Positions 1 through 12,600 of a stretch of DNA of 64,000 nucleotides are shown one piece after another. Every line of letters begins with the position of its first letter. The stretch's first letter is position 1. The position numbers and the translations under genes were made by a program. The notes under the pieces are model-generated. The model was not told the origin of the DNA and ran no database searches. It saw only the letters and a program-made list of their open reading frames with translations. The DNA comes from Phoronis australis (taxonomy: Eukaryota > Animalia > Phoronida), in NCBI GenBank assembly GCA_002633005.1, contig NMRA01000157.1, positions 528,988-592,987 on the forward strand, read 5' to 3'.

Positions 1-1030
1 ATCCCGACACATCAAACTTGCTCCCTTTTCTACAATGATGAGGCTCAACTTGTGATCTGTTGACGACTCACACTGCTACACATTCACCGAGCTTTCACTG
101 ATAACCTTAACCGGTGCACCACCGTATGCCGACAAATTAAGTTAGACCTGAAACTTTAGTTTCTTTCTGCTTACCAAATGACAAAAACATGCTCTCTATA
201 ACCCTGGCTCACGAGCAACCGGTGTCCACCTCTGTTTTAAGCGATTTGCCATTCTCAACATCAACCAAATACGGCTTAGGATTCTGGAGAGTAGCTGTTA
301 ATGTGAGCTCAGCAAGTCCTCGTCACTGTTGTGTGTAATGCACCTTCTCTTCCCTTGAGCGTAGGCTTTTACTGATTCACACTGTGCGTTGTTGTGTCCT
401 GTAGTTATGCATTTAAAACACTCTGCATCTCGGAAGCCGCACTCTCCACTCCCATGGTTTTCTCCACACTGCCAAGATTTGGATGATGGGTCTTTTTTGG
501 CACCACCTCGCATTGTTTGGATACTGACGTAGGTCGTCTACATCTTTCAGTGCCATCTCCATGCTAGACGCTGTATCCAAAGTGAATTCCCTTACCACCA
601 GCAACTTTTTTCTTATGTCAACATCCTACCAAGAGTCTATCTCCTAATGCCTTATCCAGGTTTTCGAAATTTCAGCCGTCGCTCAGCTGCCTTAACTCAG
701 CTACAAATTGAGACATGGACTCATTTGGGTGTTGGACACAAGTCCAAAATTAGTATCGCAGGACAATTTCACACGGTGGCGCCATTAAATGCTCAGTCAA
801 TGCAGTAATGCATTCCTAGAAAGTCTTGTCCATGGGTTTCATTGGTTGAAGGACCGATCTCGGAGTATGATAAGGTTTCATACCCAAATTCGTAACCAAG
901 ATTTCATTTTACTCCAAAAACGCCGTCAATATTTCACTCCATTCCTGGAAGGTAGAAACATTTTCATAAAAAATTGGAACATTTCGTATAACTGCCGACA
1001 TCGTTGAGTGTCCTCTTTGCCAAAATGTTA
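1..1030 (-). mobile_element. decayed Ty3/Gypsy (K02A2.6-like) gag-protease relic
   Basis: Zinc-knuckle pair WQCGENH...CFKCITTGH, protease motif EVDTGCS (~205-236), GASLMCRD at the window edge, PBS-like TTTTGGCAAAGAGG at ~1013-1026; stops and frameshifts. Confidence 0.8.
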
Positions 1031-1089
1031 TGCATAAACACGCGATGGTCCTGATAATAAAAGATTGTAAAAATTATTTAGACTAAACT

Positions 1090-2411
1090 ACATCCATACA
1101 AAGGCTACGGCAGCATCCGGTTTCGGGCTAAAACATACATACAAATACACATACATAATATTGGGATTACCTGATGACTTCTCTCGATTGCTTTGTTTAG
1201 ATCTTTTGGATGTATACATGGTCTTAACTGCCTGTTCGGTTTCTTTGCCCAAACCGTACTGTTTACCCAATTGATTGGTTCAATTGTACCTTGTATGACT
1301 CAGATCTTCCATACCACGTTTACGAGGTGATTTTTCCCAGTGGTTTAACATCCACCTTTACCGCAAGTACTCCCTTCAGCTGGGCATTGCAATTTCTCAG
1401 TATGTGGCTGACAGCTTCATGGTTATATTGACTTTTAGACATTGTGAGTCGTTTGTGCACTGTGTCTGCATGCACTGATGCTTTACTGTTTTCTTTGAGT
1501 AGCTAGTGGCTTAGTGTGGCCTCATACATCCGCGTAAGATTCATTGCTTTATCAAGAGCCATGCAAGTTTTCGTCTGAGGGAAGTTTCTCCTGAAGTTTT
1601 TGTGTCAAGTATATAGGACTTGTTCAATGAATCTTTCTTCTAACTTCTCATCATATCTCAATTCACATTTTCTTGCCTGTGTGTGTCATTAAGTCAAAAA
1701 ATCCTCAAGGTAATTGTCTGGCTTTCCAGTTGCTTTATTCACTGTAGGTTGAACCTGGCCAGTCTCTCTGGGCTACAAATTTCTCCCATGTCTTTTGAGG
1801 ATTTTTCATCATTCTCATTGTCAGATTTCATAGTATTTTTGAAAATCTTAAGCCTTTCGATTCCTATCCATATCGGTATGTAATTCGCTTGCTTTTCAAT
1901 TTTTTTATTCAGGGGCCCGTTAAATTTGTTTTGAGTAATATTGTCTAATCGTCTCAATTGTGCTGATTATGTCACTCGCTGGCTACTTGCATGTCCACCA
2001 GGGGGAAGGTGACTCGCAGGTACTATTTAGTTTTCCTTGAGGAAACTTTTTACACCGTTTTTTTCTGGTTTGCTGGTCGAATTGTCAACATGTAGCGTGC
2101 ACGTAAACAAACTGGCATTACCGATGGAGGAAGTGTAAATGTGGATTTAGTTTGTGGTCTGTTGTACAGACTAATTGGTTCAAGAAATGTGAAACAGAAA
2201 GTTGTGGTTGTGCCTTAAATTTTTGGGTGCATTTTTCTACTGTCGCTGACTCATGCTTATGCTGCTGTCCACAAAGCCTTACTATGTATAGAACTATCTA
2301 TATTTAATAACAACATGAATTACGACCAACTGACATATGCTGTTGGACCAAGAGAGTGAACCAGGTCAAAGGTTCACAGTTGTCTTATACAAACAATATG
2401 TGGCGCTACAC
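1090..2411 (-). mobile_element. second decayed Gypsy-like element (gag + possible LTR remnant)
   Basis: FNGPLNKKIEKQANYIPIWIG...ARFNLQ gag-like segment; knuckle remnant QCPAEGSTCGK...NHWEK (~1335-1395); TG-starting LTR-like stretch with ATTAAA ~2255-2411. Confidence 0.65.
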
Positions 2412-2479
2412 TATAGCTTAGCAGCTTACACGTAATTATTGGTCTGAGGTGTAAACAACAGAACATGTGTTTTTTACCG

Positions 2480-3060
2480 AATCACTGTTCAAAAGTTACG
2501 AAAAAATTGTATTCTTAAAACTTTTTGTTTTATTTTTCACAATTTATGAAACGCGTATTTTTGGTATACTATCACTGTTTATTATAGTTTTATAAGTTTG
2601 AAAAAATGGTTTGCCTCTCTGTGTTATGGCACTGAGACATGGGGCTCTAAGGAATATGTAGAATTGAAAAATGCACGTTTCGAGTTTTGTAAACGCATTT
2701 TAGGAGTAGACAGTTCTTTTTCAAACTCGGTAGTATGAGAGAATGCGGTCAATTCCTACTGTTTTCTAATTTATGCATCCTGAATAAAATATTGGTTCAA
2801 ATACTGTTGATGCTTAGTATCGTGGGGTAAAGGCAGCATATGATATACTTTTTCAGTCAGACCTGATCAGAAGATCTCATAATTGGGCAAGTTTTGTAAG
2901 GAAACTTGCCTGTTTTTCAGGATGGATTAATCGGGGTGTGACGAACTAAGGGTTAATTTCGTAACAGTTTTTTCTGAGCATGTCAGACTGCTGTTTGTTA
3001 GGCTTGCAATCTGGTATGGAATGTAACTTTATGAGGTTTAAAACAATAGAGAATTGATTA
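2480..3060 (+). mobile_element. decayed LINE (L2/CR1-group-like) ORF2 C-terminal fragment
   Basis: Frameshifted FEKMV..LCYGTETWG..E..H..FCKRILGV...ECG motif at 2597-2750. Confidence 0.7.
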
Positions 3061-4299
3061 GAAATACATGGCATCCAACGTATGTAAGTCTGTCTCAATT
3101 GCCATGCTCAAATCATTCGTTACTGGTGAAAAGAGAACGCCAATGAAGCACATAGGTATATTGTATTTTAAGTGTCACACAATGTTTTGTCTAGCAATGT
3201 GCAAAAACTGTTCCTACAGTATGATGCAATTTAAGAAATATTCTCTACATATTTTGCTCTGCCAATTGTCATATTCTGAATACTAGTAATTCAGGCAATC
3301 AGTTGGAAGAAATGTGACATACCCACTTTAAAATTCTTAAAGTTGACTGGTGAGTTGCATATAATTCCAGAGAGAGAAGTTCAACCCAGATTTCAACTTT
3401 TGCTCTAGTGAGCATCTGTGGTTCTGTGAATGAGATGTGTGTCCATTGTGTCAGATTTGTGACAATAGAGGCATTGCCCTCAGGTGGCGCTAATGTATAA
3501 CATCCATTTGGCATTCCAAATGTAGTGAATATAGGAGTTAGTTTACGAGTGTTGTAAGTAATGCGGCTAGTCAGTTATGTGCAATTTACGCCAGTGAAGA
3601 CTGTGTGCCATTTGCGCAACGCTTGCTACAAAACATTTCTGTTTCATTGGTGCAGACTTGTTTTTCACTTTTGTTGTTGTAAATTCTGATTGTACTAATT
3701 GGATTTGTTTTTGAATAAAATAATTTTCACATAAACCACATTGTCAAAGACTCATTTCAAGGCCATCTTGAGGACATGTTAAAGTTAACACATTGCATGT
3801 GGCTCAACAACTGAAATGTGTCCCAAGAGGTCCCATTTTCTGCCATTTAACAGCAGTATGAGGTCAGATTCTTAGCCATAAAAGCACATGCAATCAGACT
3901 TGCTGGGTGTGGAATCCTAGATGTTGGCTGCGTTTCGTTGACTCTAGGACACTTGCAGAACATTTGGGTGCCAGCAAGTTCCCAAACACGGCCAGGTGAA
4001 ACGCTCTCCTTTCATTGAATTGATTTTTTATGATCTTGATTATTGCATCTACTGAATGCAGCCCTGGTTTATGTGAAGACGAAAAAAACAACTTTTCTGA
4101 ATGTAAAAATATCTGTATTAAAGATTAACGATGTACAGATAAGCGAAAGCATCGGTAAAGCGGCAAAGCCAACAGTTTTACCCGGTATGTGTTCTGATGT
4201 TCTTGCACTAATACAACAAAATGAAGGCTAACATAGTTTCTCTGGTTATGCATGAATATGCATGCTCTGGGTTTCATTGGCAAAAACTAAACTTGGATG

Positions 4300-5777
4300 T
4301 CTGCTTTTTTAAAGAAAATGCATAACAGTACAGATATAATACATCAACTCTTGTTTTAGCTTTTCAGTTCTCCAAAAGACTTTAATACACGAACATTCTG
4401 CATTCCAGAAACTCTAACACTTGGCACACTAGATTAACGATTGTTCACAAATCATCCCTGCCATACTAGCAACAACAGTGCAATACCACAACAATGAAAA
4501 GAAAAAGGACTGGGTCTTGAAGAAATGAATCCTTATGCAAGACGCATTGAAAACATTAAACACAAGTGTGCACATTTTGTCAGGCGCTGAATGTCATGTT
4601 TGCCACATATTTAACTGCCTGCACAACAGTTTTCACATTTGAAATTGTGAAGCATAATTGAGGTATATAATCATAGAAATTTTTGACAGAACATCTTCAT
4701 AGGACTGAGCAGTAAGAAATACGTCAACAAATTTATCTTCTTCAAGACTATAGTGACAACACTCAAGAGAGACATCAACAGCCATGACTGCCACAACAAT
4801 GATTATGCAGTTGCCATTAAAGTACATGTTGCGCTTATGAGCATTCTGTGTGTTTTGATTTTGTAACTTTGTTGCGTAGTGGCTCTCACACTCTACTTTG
4901 GTACTATGAAAATAAATTAATTGTACGGCTCATTATTTAGGAACTGATTATCAAGCATTAGTGAGACTGTTGTAGGTTTCAAACCCCAAGTATGAGAACC
5001 ACTGTCACACAAGTACACGTAATAACTGAATATAACACACCCTATGAATGCTAACTGACTGTAGCTACTACACTCGACACACGCAGGTACAAATAGGTAA
5101 AGCAATCCACTTATACATGTAAAAATTTCATCAGCACCAGTATTCAAAATCACTTTATACGCACAGATAAATTAATAAATAAAACAATTCTTAACGAATA
5201 TAATACTCCGAAATCTCGATTCGCACAACAGACCACAAAATTGACTTGCCATAATAACCTGTCACACACTTGATAATAACTCAATTGATCATATCCACAT
5301 TCTTCACCGGCACTGAGAATAACTACCGGTATATAACGTATTTGATGCTACTCACAGCACACAATTGACAGACCTGAATAACATGCTATAACATTTTACA
5401 GAATACATAAGCTACATTCAACAAAAACATTGCATTTAATTCATGCTACAAACAGCATTCGATAGAAAGGAATCCTAAGTAACATCCAATATATAACTAA
5501 GCCTACTGCAGCAATAACTTTCCTACATCTCAACGAAACATCAAGCAAAATAAAATCACGTTTTATCAATACTGAAAACAAACAGCAAGAGGAATGTATA
5601 GTTGAAAACAGCCCAAGCTACCAATGGCACAATCTTATCAATAAACTGGAATGTTGATCAAAGGAATGGTGTCCAGTCACAGTATTCATAGTAATTGGCA
5701 TTTCCATAACTGAATGCCATTAATTAACATGTGCTCCCAATAGCAAATCATGACCACAATACCTACTTTATTGGGAA
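4300..5777 (-). other. probable 3' UTR
   Basis: U-rich on the minus strand after the stop; AATAAA near 5767-5772 and ATTAAA near 4381-4386; true end unknown. Confidence 0.35.
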
Positions 5778-6672
5778 TTAAACGAAAGCATCCTCATCTC
5801 CCTTAAGCCAACCAATGTTCAGTTTTCCAGGTTTCTGAACAGAACTGCGAATGCGTAGGAAGTCGGAGTCCCGATCAGCAGCAGCTGTTGTGTGTTGCTG
5901 AACTTGCTTCGGCACCTGATTGTTGGTGACTCTGTCAAGCTTGGTGGACAATTCGGACATCAAGTTATTCTTTGCCGCTGAAATCGACTTTGATGCATGC
6001 AGTACCGGCTGGGGTGTAGGGGATGGTGGTTGAGGGGGTGGCTCAACAGGTGGTGGTGGTGGAACGAAACCTGTTGGATAGGGTCGAATGAAGTCGTCTT
6101 CAACATCTTCGATTATTATTTCTGATGGAGTACCATGTTCCAGGCTAACAGTATCATCTTGGGTCAAAGAAGAAGCTGGTCTTTCTAGAGTTGACGAGTT
6201 CTCAGAAGATGGCGGTGCTGGGAAATCGTCATCACTGTAGTCTTCGATTTCCATCATATCTGGGGAAGGCGGAAGGCTGTCCTTGTCATCCTCCTTGTCA
6301 GATGTACTTTCACCAAGCTCATCTGGCCACCAGACAGCTTTGTATTCTTTTTGTGGTATCTCAGGTGTAACATCATCGTTTAACAATGCTTTTGAAATCG
6401 GTGGAGTTTGCGCAACAGCAGCACCACCAATGTCATGAAGGACGTCTGGAGGGCCAGATTCTTGTTGACTCTCTTCTGCCTTCTGGTCCACAGGCACAAT
6501 ATCTGGTTGAGAGTCTGGCATCTCATCAATAGGAACAATGTTGGGTGTGTCACCATCTGATGCTTCTTCTGATGACACATTGTTTAATGGCTTTACGTTA
6601 ATGATGTCACCAGATGAATGCAGATTGTCTGAGGAGGCTGTACTTTCATCGGTGTCTCCTAGCTTTTTAGGT
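5778..6672 (-). CDS. terminal coding exon (acidic, Pro-rich tail, ends -DEDAFV*)
   Basis: ORF 5778-6716 with phase-2 acceptor ttacag at 6673. Confidence 0.88.
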
Positions 6673-9600
6673 CTGTAACAATGAAAATATTGCATTGCTC
6701 TCACAATACATAGCAAAGAAAGAAATGATCAATTTTGGAACAGAGAAGTTTGATTAGCATTTGAAAGACAGTGTAACTTACACTTGGCACCAAAATGTTT
6801 CTGACATCAAAAAATTGATCAATAGTAAAGTTAACATTATACTTCTCATTCCTGAAAAACATTCTTAAAAGTAGCGATTCAAAAATCTATGCAACGTGTA
6901 CCAAAGGCTAAAATAACAGCCTAAAATGACATAACACTAAGGAATAAAATAACCCAAATGGGGAAAACAAATCAAATTTATGAATTAAGAAAAATAATAT
7001 GAAGAAAAACTTAACAAACAATTCCTACGTCTAACGAAATGTTCATGATAAACTCCCATAATAACTCTTAAAATTTAAAATGTGAAAAGTCTCGACCTAA
7101 AACTAATGAAAAAAGTAACCAAAACCATGTTGAAAGAGGTAATTCAGCCTCGCCATGACATGCCTGAATGGTTAAGAACAGCACAGGAGTGACATAAATA
7201 CAAGTTTATTATTGGTGGACGGCGATAGCTAGCCAGAAAAAGTTGTCACCAACTATGTATTAAGTAAAATGAAATAAAGCTGAGGAAGGACAACACAGGT
7301 GCGTGCATGCAGACACTATGATACATCACAACACCTACTATAGCTTTGTTTCTCCTAGCTGTGCCCCTAATATTGGGTACACATGTATATCTGAAAGAAA
7401 GTTCCGCAAGGAGTTACAATCTTATGGTGGAACATAGAAAGCAAGACAAGTGCTGATAATGGAAACCATGACATCAAAGTTTATCATTTACAAGTAAGAA
7501 GCCAACAGTTGGACACCATAAAATGCAACACCTACATTTTCAATTACACAGCACTGAACAGTTACTGTTGGGTAAAAAGGGATACCGGCGACCAAATGTT
7601 ATGACTTGTACTTGCTTATTTTGGCTGAATTTCAACAAGAAAAAATGATGTGCAGACACATATCCAGGGTCTGACAATGGACAGATATTGCAGCAACAAT
7701 TAACTTTCCCAGTGGGAGTCCAAACTCTTTGGATCTGCGCTAAACATTGACCACCGTCTAGCTGGCAGTAGTGACAGTGAGGCTTCCATAGGCGCTTCAT
7801 ATGCCAGAAGCGTTTCCGCAAATTATGCCTCACACTGGTTAAAACATCAGTCATGTATTCAGTTTTCCATATAGAGGGACAACTGAGGTCACTGATGTCT
7901 AATTCCTTTTTTCTAATACTCCTGCATTCAAACTTTTTCTTTGAGCAGTCTGTTCAGTTAACCACATTGGCAACTGGCCATTTTTAACACTACGAGCGCG
8001 GTAAAAATAGGAGCGTACGCAGATGAAAAAATGGGCCAGTTGCCGATTTGGGCAACTGAACGAAGGACTGCTCAAAAAAAAGGTTTGATTGCAGGAGTAT
8101 TTGTTAGCGTTAGAAGGAATTTAAGATATTGACGGCCTCCTAGATGCCACTCTATGCGCAAAAGGTACTTATAACAACATAGCTTTGATGTTTTAAGCAT
8201 ACATGTAATTCGCCGAAAAGCTTCTGCCGGCAAGAGAGAGTGGTCACTGTCTAGATCTGTGCCTGATATGATGCAGCAATACAACAGAGTTGATGGACAA
8301 CAATTGATAGTACAACACTGTTTGTGATTTACCAGTACATCATCGATGCCGACTGCCTAGAAACAGAATGATACCTCGTAATCCTATGTATGTAACTAGA
8401 ACTAGCACATTGGAAACCAAAAGGTATTCCATGGTCATATAGTGAAAAGTGCATGAAGAATTTGACAGCACACAGAAAACAGCAGTGAGAAGTTAATATA
8501 AACTAAAGACAGAGACCCAGAGTTCCTGAAGGAATCCTTTTACATAACCCGACTCACTAAATCCAACCCAAAACCTTTGTACTATACTCATGTAATCAAG
8601 TGACCAATACTAACCAGTCATTCCAGGTAACAGATACATCACAGACAGCCGTCTCAAAGTTCTGTGACTGGGATACGTTCTACACCTTGCAATGCACAGT
8701 AGAAATCTCTCATATTAGTAAACAAGGTGTCATCTGATTGTAAGCAGTCTTTTACATGACTACGCGCATATAATCTAGGGGTCAAACTATGATGAACAGT
8801 AACATGCAGTAATGAATATTATTTCAAAATAATCAATTTTTTGACATTCTGAAAATGTGTGCCATACCCACTTGGAGGTACTATGGGAACATTGGTGAGT
8901 GTACTATACAACTGAAGTGGTCATGTACCCAGCTAGAGTGTCTACTTCTACCATGCATTGCAAGTGAGGCCAACTTGCCGTGAACCAGGGGGTTGGGTTA
9001 GGGTGGGCGTTATATCGTATTTGAAGTCATTCGAGAAGTACTACAAAATTAACTGTTACAGGACATGTAGTCAATGAAAGGAACAACAAGACAAGGAATG
9101 AAAGACATACCCATTTCCCAGAAGGAAATATTCATTGTTGAAACTTAGAAACAAAGATCTGCTACATCACTTTTACTGTCCCCAATCTCCATAAAAGTAA
9201 TGTCCATTCTTATCTAGACCCTTCACCTAATGGAAATATTAGTACTGGGAATATAACTAAGACATCCCATTGAAGAACAAGACACAGAAACCGTTAGTGA
9301 GTTAAAGAAAGATTAGTTCGCATACCTCTTATCCTGGTACATGGGCTATAGCTAATTTCTTCAATCCTACATAACAGTATTCAAATTTACACTTATTGTC
9401 ACTCATGCAAATAACAGATTACTTTAGCCTCTGAAAGCCTTCTCCTACGGAGATAAACCTGCTACAAGAGGAATCTCAATGCAGACAATGAACTTAACTT
9501 TGACTTTCCCACTGGGTTGGGCACTTAAAACCAGAATTGAAGTTTTTGTCTAGTGATGCCAGGATCTGCAAGTTATCGCGAGGTAGCATTACGATCTTAA

Positions 9601-12600
9601 AAGGTTTCGGTATATCTAACTTTTAATTACCGGGATGAAGAGTCAAGTGCATATTAGGATTATGACTGCAAGAAAATGCCTAATGCATAGTAAGCAGAAT
9701 GGAAAGTGTTTAAAGAAAATTTTTAATGCAACATATGCATAGTAGACAGCAATATGTCAATAACTAGATGACACATATCACTCCAGAATTTCAATCATAA
9801 TTGAGGCATTTACTTGTAAAATAACTTAAAAAGGGAGATAATTAATATCAAGAAAACTAGCAGTAATTTTGATAATTTAGTTCACATTCAGTATAAACAA
9901 TACCCACAACTACAATGATTATCAGATATTTCATTTTATTCCTGAAACATCCTCAGTGGGAGTAAACAAAGCCAGGAAGTATGGTTAAAAAGCAGCAAGG
10001 AACAGAAACTATGAACTTAAAGCAACATTTCAACACTCCAACCTCGCCAACCATGTCACTTCAGTTGCCCCTATTTTGGTGGCACGAGCAAGTAACTTCT
10101 CGAGTACACTCATCATACATTCACTATTTGCTCGCGTGACATTGCAAGATATAGCGAGAGCTCAATATTTGACGCAAGAAACTAAAGGTCTATGGAATGC
10201 TCACCAGTGTGCCCAATATGATTGTGGGTAGTGGGAAAATGTCGTCGCTGCTTTATGACCAAATTTTCTGAATTTTCTTAATCCTCATTGATGATGCTTT
10301 AGAAACTAAGTGAAACATCTATTGCTTCTGCACAGTCTTGAATATACTGACTTTGACAATTGTATTAAAACATCAGTTTCTCTTATAGTGATGCCATGAC
10401 CTAAAACTGACGTTAAAAAGAAATTATTACAACTTCATACTAGTGTTCATAAACTTCAAGACACTAAAAGTTACAATAGGTGACCCTCAAATATGTAAAA
10501 CGAATGTCAATCTCAAGTCCAAATTCAATTGGTCTTTTCTCTGAAAAAGCTTTTAGTGGACTCCTATGTACAGATGCACTACCAGGTTTAGTACAGGCTC
10601 TTCCACTCGCATTCTCATGCTGTTAGTTAAGCAATGCCCACCAAAATTTACATCACTTCCAACAAGTATTTGTAAAGCCCTTTTATCTCTTTAACTCACA
10701 AAACAGGCGAAGCACTTACTATAGAATAGTGCTATATACAGACCAAGCACATGGTCTGCGTTATAAGGGTTATAACTGGCATATTTTGAATATAAATGTG
10801 AAAAATGAAATCAGTGCAAACAGAAAATGATGACGCACACAAACAGAAACTTTGCACCGACTTACCACTTTACAAATATGTTGACATAAAGAGTGGTCTA
10901 GAAAATATCAAGCAAAGACATATACTTTACAAATCAATTAGCATTCTTTTTTCATTCCTACTGAGTTTCAATGTTCCTCTACCAACAACAAGGAGACTGC
11001 TTTTACCATAACCATGGTAACGACGTAAAATTCTATTTTAAAAAAAGAAATTAAATTTAGTACCCTGATACATACGCATTTACATCTCCATTTTTGTAAG
11101 GGGACATCCAAGTTCCATCAATATTGCCGGCACCAGAGGCTGTGCCATTGTCCGACGGGACACTGTAAAAGAAATAAAAATGTTTGACAACACATACTTA
11201 ACAAAAACAAGTGCACGACAGGTCTACGGAGGTAGAATTTTTAAGGAACTTTCTAGACAATTTGACAACTAGTAAGATTTGTTGCTTTATCTATGTTCCT
11301 TCAGTTTGCACCACTTGAAGAACAAAAAAAATCAGACTTCAAAGACATTTTTGCTTATGAAATGACCTAGATGTCAATCTTGCATCATAAAATGAAAATA
11401 CGAACATTTCAAAACAAGCTCTTAATTATTAAGGTTTACGTCAACAATTCTGCACTTGTTGATGTTTCCCACAACATGAACAACAACATTTAAAGTGACC
11501 TCATGCACTTGACTAAGTACTGCGACATACACATTTTAAATTCCACCCTGAAAACATCTTTATAACAGACTGGTTGAAGTAGGAAATTGTAACATGTTAT
11601 TACTGAGATAGACATTGCATGCCAAGAACTGTACGAGTTACTTATGAATTACAAACTCAAGAAATATTTCAAAGGAGTGAGAGATAACAAACAGTCAAGA
11701 CAAACAAAACAAAATCAAAGAACTGGAAAATATTTACAAAGGGTGATTCACACAGAGAAAATATTACAAACTGTAAAGAGCAGTCAGTGAAATTAGCCAC
11801 CACACCGAATGACATAATGCCCAAACAAAATCGACAATGCACGTCAAATTATTTTCGGCACTCAATCCAACATAAACACAGACTGCAGCTCACACAGTGC
11901 ACGCGTAACACTAGTCAAGTGAGAGGAAGACACGTCCTCAGGTCACTCACAAAGTTGGTTTCCTATAACTGCCGTTGCTACTAGTGGCCTCCCTTTGTAT
12001 GTTAACGTACAGGTCCTTGGCACTGTACGAGTTGTCTAACGTGATGACGGAGGCGTCACGACCTGCTTCTAAAGCGAACACTCGCATGTGTTCTGAATCA
12101 CTGGTAAAAGTGAGGGAACAAAGATGGAGACCGTGAAAATGATTTGTCTAATGAATAAATTTGCTGACATTTAAAGTGGCATTTGCATACTCCAAACTAT
12201 GCTAAGTCATAATATGAACAATGCACTGAGGTTACGTTTTTTGATAACCTTTCTGCAACCGAGTCCAAAACTAAGCTGTAAATATAAAACTAACAAAATT
12301 GCCAAAAGACATTTGGACTTTTATGATGTAACACAGTAGAATTTCTGATCCTCATCAGTACCGTGTAATAAACCAGTAGTGTTGTGCAGTACATACTGAG
12401 CACAGGTGACGATTTGCAGCAGATTATATTGATAAAAACTTAACTTCAAAGACATTTATAGAAACTTAAAAGTTCCTTTAACTTTACATCGTCATAGTTA
12501 TTAGCATTCCAATTTGTTTGGCCACAAAATGACAAAGAAATTACAAATGCCACTTTAAGTCTGAGTGGAAAGATTAACATGAGACCAAACAGCTTTGCAT

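Noticed and set aside
5778-6716. 312-aa ORF as a standalone gene
   Set aside because: Its N-terminus is intronic; a phase-compatible acceptor at 6673 links it to the upstream tail exons.
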